20,000 nt of DNA from an uncultured virus (IMG/VR IMGVR_UViG_2675903408_000004) (lineage: Duplodnaviria; Heunggongvirae; Uroviricota; Caudoviricetes). Below are positions 18,032 through 20,000 of this stretch, piece after piece. Below the pieces are notes generated by a model. That model was not told where the DNA came from and ran no database searches. It was given only the letters and a program-made list of their open reading frames with translations. Location of the stretch: the IMG/VR virus record IMGVR_UViG_2675903408_000004, positions 55,926-75,925 of that record, one strand, 5' to 3'. Made by a program: the position numbers and the translations under genes. The first letter of the stretch is position 1. The number at the start of each line of letters is the position of its first letter.

Positions 18032-18083
18032 AATACATACCAACGAATAAAGGATAAAAATAAAATAAGTGGAGGTTGTGCGG

Positions 18084-18299
18084 ATGATAAAGAGGAATCT
18101 GCTTAGTAACCACGTGGATGAGATTATCGGTGAATATTACGCTACTAAAGGATATTCCGTTCAGAGTATTGATCGCCAAGAAAATGGTCAACTAATTGTT
18201 GTTACGAAGCGAGTAACAGAGGAAAGGGAACCGGAGAAAGTTGATTTAGCATTCGATTTCATACATAAAAGACCACATAGAAAGAAATATCTTGCTTAA
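18084..18299 (+). CDS. Hypothetical protein, about 71 aa
   Basis: RBS GGAGGT at 18071-18076; ATG at 18084. Confidence 0.7.
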   Translation: MIKRNLLSNHVDEIIGEYYATKGYSVQSIDRQENGQLIVVTKRVTEEREPEKVDLAFDFIHKRPHRKKYLA

Positions 18300-18313
18300 A
18301 GGGGGATTAGAAA

Positions 18314-18469
18314 TTGGACAGAATGAAAGAGCTTATTAGAAAAAATCTGAGTCTGAAGAAGATGTTAGAAGCCAACGAAAGAGAGATACTTGAGGAAAAA
18401 CGCAAAATAAGAACTCAAAAATTTTCTCGAAAGTTGATCGAAAGACAGCAAGAAAAAGCATTAGTCTAG
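18314..18469 (+). CDS. Small basic coiled-coil protein, 51 aa; not in ORF track
   Basis: RBS AAGGGGG then [54 protein letters not shown]. Confidence 0.6.
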   Translation: MDRMKELIRKNLSLKKMLEANEREILEEKRKIRTQKFSRKLIERQQEKALV

Positions 18470-18486
18470 GTGAAGGAGTTAAATTA

Positions 18487-18777
18487 ATGAACACTTATGT
18501 AGTCGATGACAGCAAGTATAAATGTATTTATGCGGGAACCGAGAAAGCAGCTTCTTTTAATAATGAATTTGCAAACGGAACAAGAGTAAGGGTTTGGTTT
18601 GAAGGCCATCACATAAAAACGTTTGAGAAAGAACAAAGAGAAGTCTGTGGAGTAGGAGATTGGATCCTTAAGTATGATGCTGCTACTGAATTGCAAAAGG
18701 AAGTAAATCGTTTGGAAAAGACATATTTCAAGAAGAAAGAATTGTTAGACACTATTAGACAAGCTGATGAAGTCTAA
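18487..18777 (+). CDS. Hypothetical protein, 96 aa
   Basis: RBS AAGGAG; ORF track. Confidence 0.75.
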   Translation: MNTYVVDDSKYKCIYAGTEKAASFNNEFANGTRVRVWFEGHHIKTFEKEQREVCGVGDWILKYDAATELQKEVNRLEKTYFKKKELLDTIRQADEV

Positions 18778-18822
18778 ATAAAAGATAGTTTTTAATGAAA
18801 ATAAATCAATGGAGGAATTTTA

Positions 18823-19578
18823 TTGGAATATAACTTAACAGTAACAGAACAGGATGGACAATTTTTGGTGGATAGTCGTGAAGTGGCGGAGTTGATCGGT
18901 AAGCGTCATGATCATTTACTTCGTGACATTGAAGGATACGTTACGGTTTTGAGTCAAACCCCAACTTTGGGGGCTGACGAATATTTCGTTAAAAGTACAT
19001 ATCAGTCAGGAACAGGAAAGAGTTATAAACATTATCTTCTTACAAAAATGGGCTGTGAAATGGTTGCCAATAAAATGATTGGTGAGAAAGGTATTATCTT
19101 TTCAGCTCAATATGTAAAAGCGTTTAATCGAATGGAAAAAGAATTAATGCAGCCAAAAACAGAGCTAGAGGTTTTAGCTGCAACAGTTAATAATATGGTA
19201 CAGCAAGAAAAACGAATAACTGTTATTGAAAATGAGCAAAAGAGGATCTTTGATTTGATTGGATTGAATCCATCGAATTGGAGAAAAGAAATCAACAAAA
19301 TTATTAGATTAATAGCAAAAGAAAGTGGGTTAAGTCACTCGGCAGTATGGTCTGAGAGTTACAAAACCTTAGAAACCCGAGGGAAATGTAATCTGCAAAG
19401 AAGACTTGATAATAAAAGAAATAACATGAAAAAAGAGGGAGCGTCTAAAACAAAAGTAGAAAAAGCAAACTTTATGGATATCATTGATGAAGATCCAAAG
19501 CTTACAGAGATTTTCTTAGCGATTGTTAAAGATATGGCTGTGAAGTATAAGGTGACCTTCAAGAAAGAAACTGCATAA
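18823..19578 (+). CDS. yoqD: Rha-family phage regulator/antirepressor (YoqD-like), 251 aa
   Basis: VDSREVAELIGKRHDHLLRDI...YLLTKMGC...YVKAFNRME Rha signature plus C-terminal WRKEIN...LQRRLDN domain; RBS GGAGG. Confidence 0.8.
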   Translation: MEYNLTVTEQDGQFLVDSREVAELIGKRHDHLLRDIEGYVTVLSQTPTLGADEYFVKSTYQSGTGKSYKHYLLTKMGCEMVANKMIGEKGIIFSAQYVKAFNRMEKELMQPKTELEVLAATVNNMVQQEKRITVIENEQKRIFDLIGLNPSNWRKEINKIIRLIAKESGLSHSAVWSESYKTLETRGKCNLQRRLDNKRNNMKKEGASKTKVEKANFMDIIDEDPKLTEIFLAIVKDMAVKYKVTFKKETA

Positions 19579-19625
19579 AATATTTATTTTATCGAAAGGG
19601 GGTAAGAGAAGGACAAATTAAACGC

Positions 19626-20000
19626 ATGAATGATATTAATGACCTGATGCTTATCGCAAGCATTGAGCGTCGAACTTTCTATGGCAAAGAAAACATCTCA
19701 GGACAATCCAATCAAAAAGCGTATGTCAAATTCAGAACACAGCTATTCTTTGTTGATAATTACACGGGGAAAGACGTTTATCCGTATGAATTACGCCACG
19801 ATCCAAACGGCTTTTCACACGGAGGTAACGTGTGGCAGATGATCAAGAGTTTTAGAGAATTCATCATAACAGGGAACTGTGGCGAGCTGAGGGATTCTAA
19901 AGAAATATGGGCGTACAGCTATAATGAGGGATGTATGAAAATTCGCAATAAAGGAAAGGCGATTGGATTTGTAGAAAGTATCGTTTACCCTTATTGCTGA
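19626..20000 (+). CDS. Hypothetical protein, about 124 aa (N-terminus possibly damaged)
   Basis: ORF ends at TGA 19998-20000; the strongest RBS (AAGGGGG, 19596-19602) is about 24 nt from the ATG. Confidence 0.6.
   Translation: MNDINDLMLIASIERRTFYGKENISGQSNQKAYVKFRTQLFFVDNYTGKDVYPYELRHDPNGFSHGGNVWQMIKSFREFIITGNCGELRDSKEIWAYSYNEGCMKIRNKGKAIGFVESIVYPYC

Noticed and set aside
18051..18066. AGGATAAAAATAAAAT as a further copy of the promoter element
   Set aside because: One mismatch, no properly spaced promoter downstream, and probably part of the degraded gene starting at 17930.

Overview
This AT-rich window is part of a Bacillus SPbeta/phi3T-family temperate phage or prophage, covering the yop-yoq early/regulatory region. 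The intact core is an arbitrium lysis-lysogeny locus: aimR (3903-5057), aimP (5088-5213, predicted mature peptide SASRGA), a terminator, a candidate AimR operator, and a 51-aa MazE-mimic aimX (5338-5493). It is followed by the sro repression operon (three small ORFs, then yopP, yopQ and yopR/mrpR) and the convergent HTH gene yopS. On both sides lie many small accessory genes, several of them frameshifted. The most striking unexplained signal is an 18-bp spaced palindrome, WTAAAA-N6-TTTTAW, with a different 6-bp spacer each time. I found 9 perfect and about 5 degenerate copies, all at gene junctions just after a stop codon. The geometry resembles a tyrosine-recombinase core site, and YopP keeps a complete catalytic residue set, which suggests a possible integron-like gene-cassette system (hypothesis only). 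Other points of interest are a HEPN-motif three-gene module upstream of aimR, a second 16-bp promoter-proximal repeat, and a repeated RBS/stop-start junction. yop/yoq names rest on recalled sequences, lengths and synteny, not on database searches.
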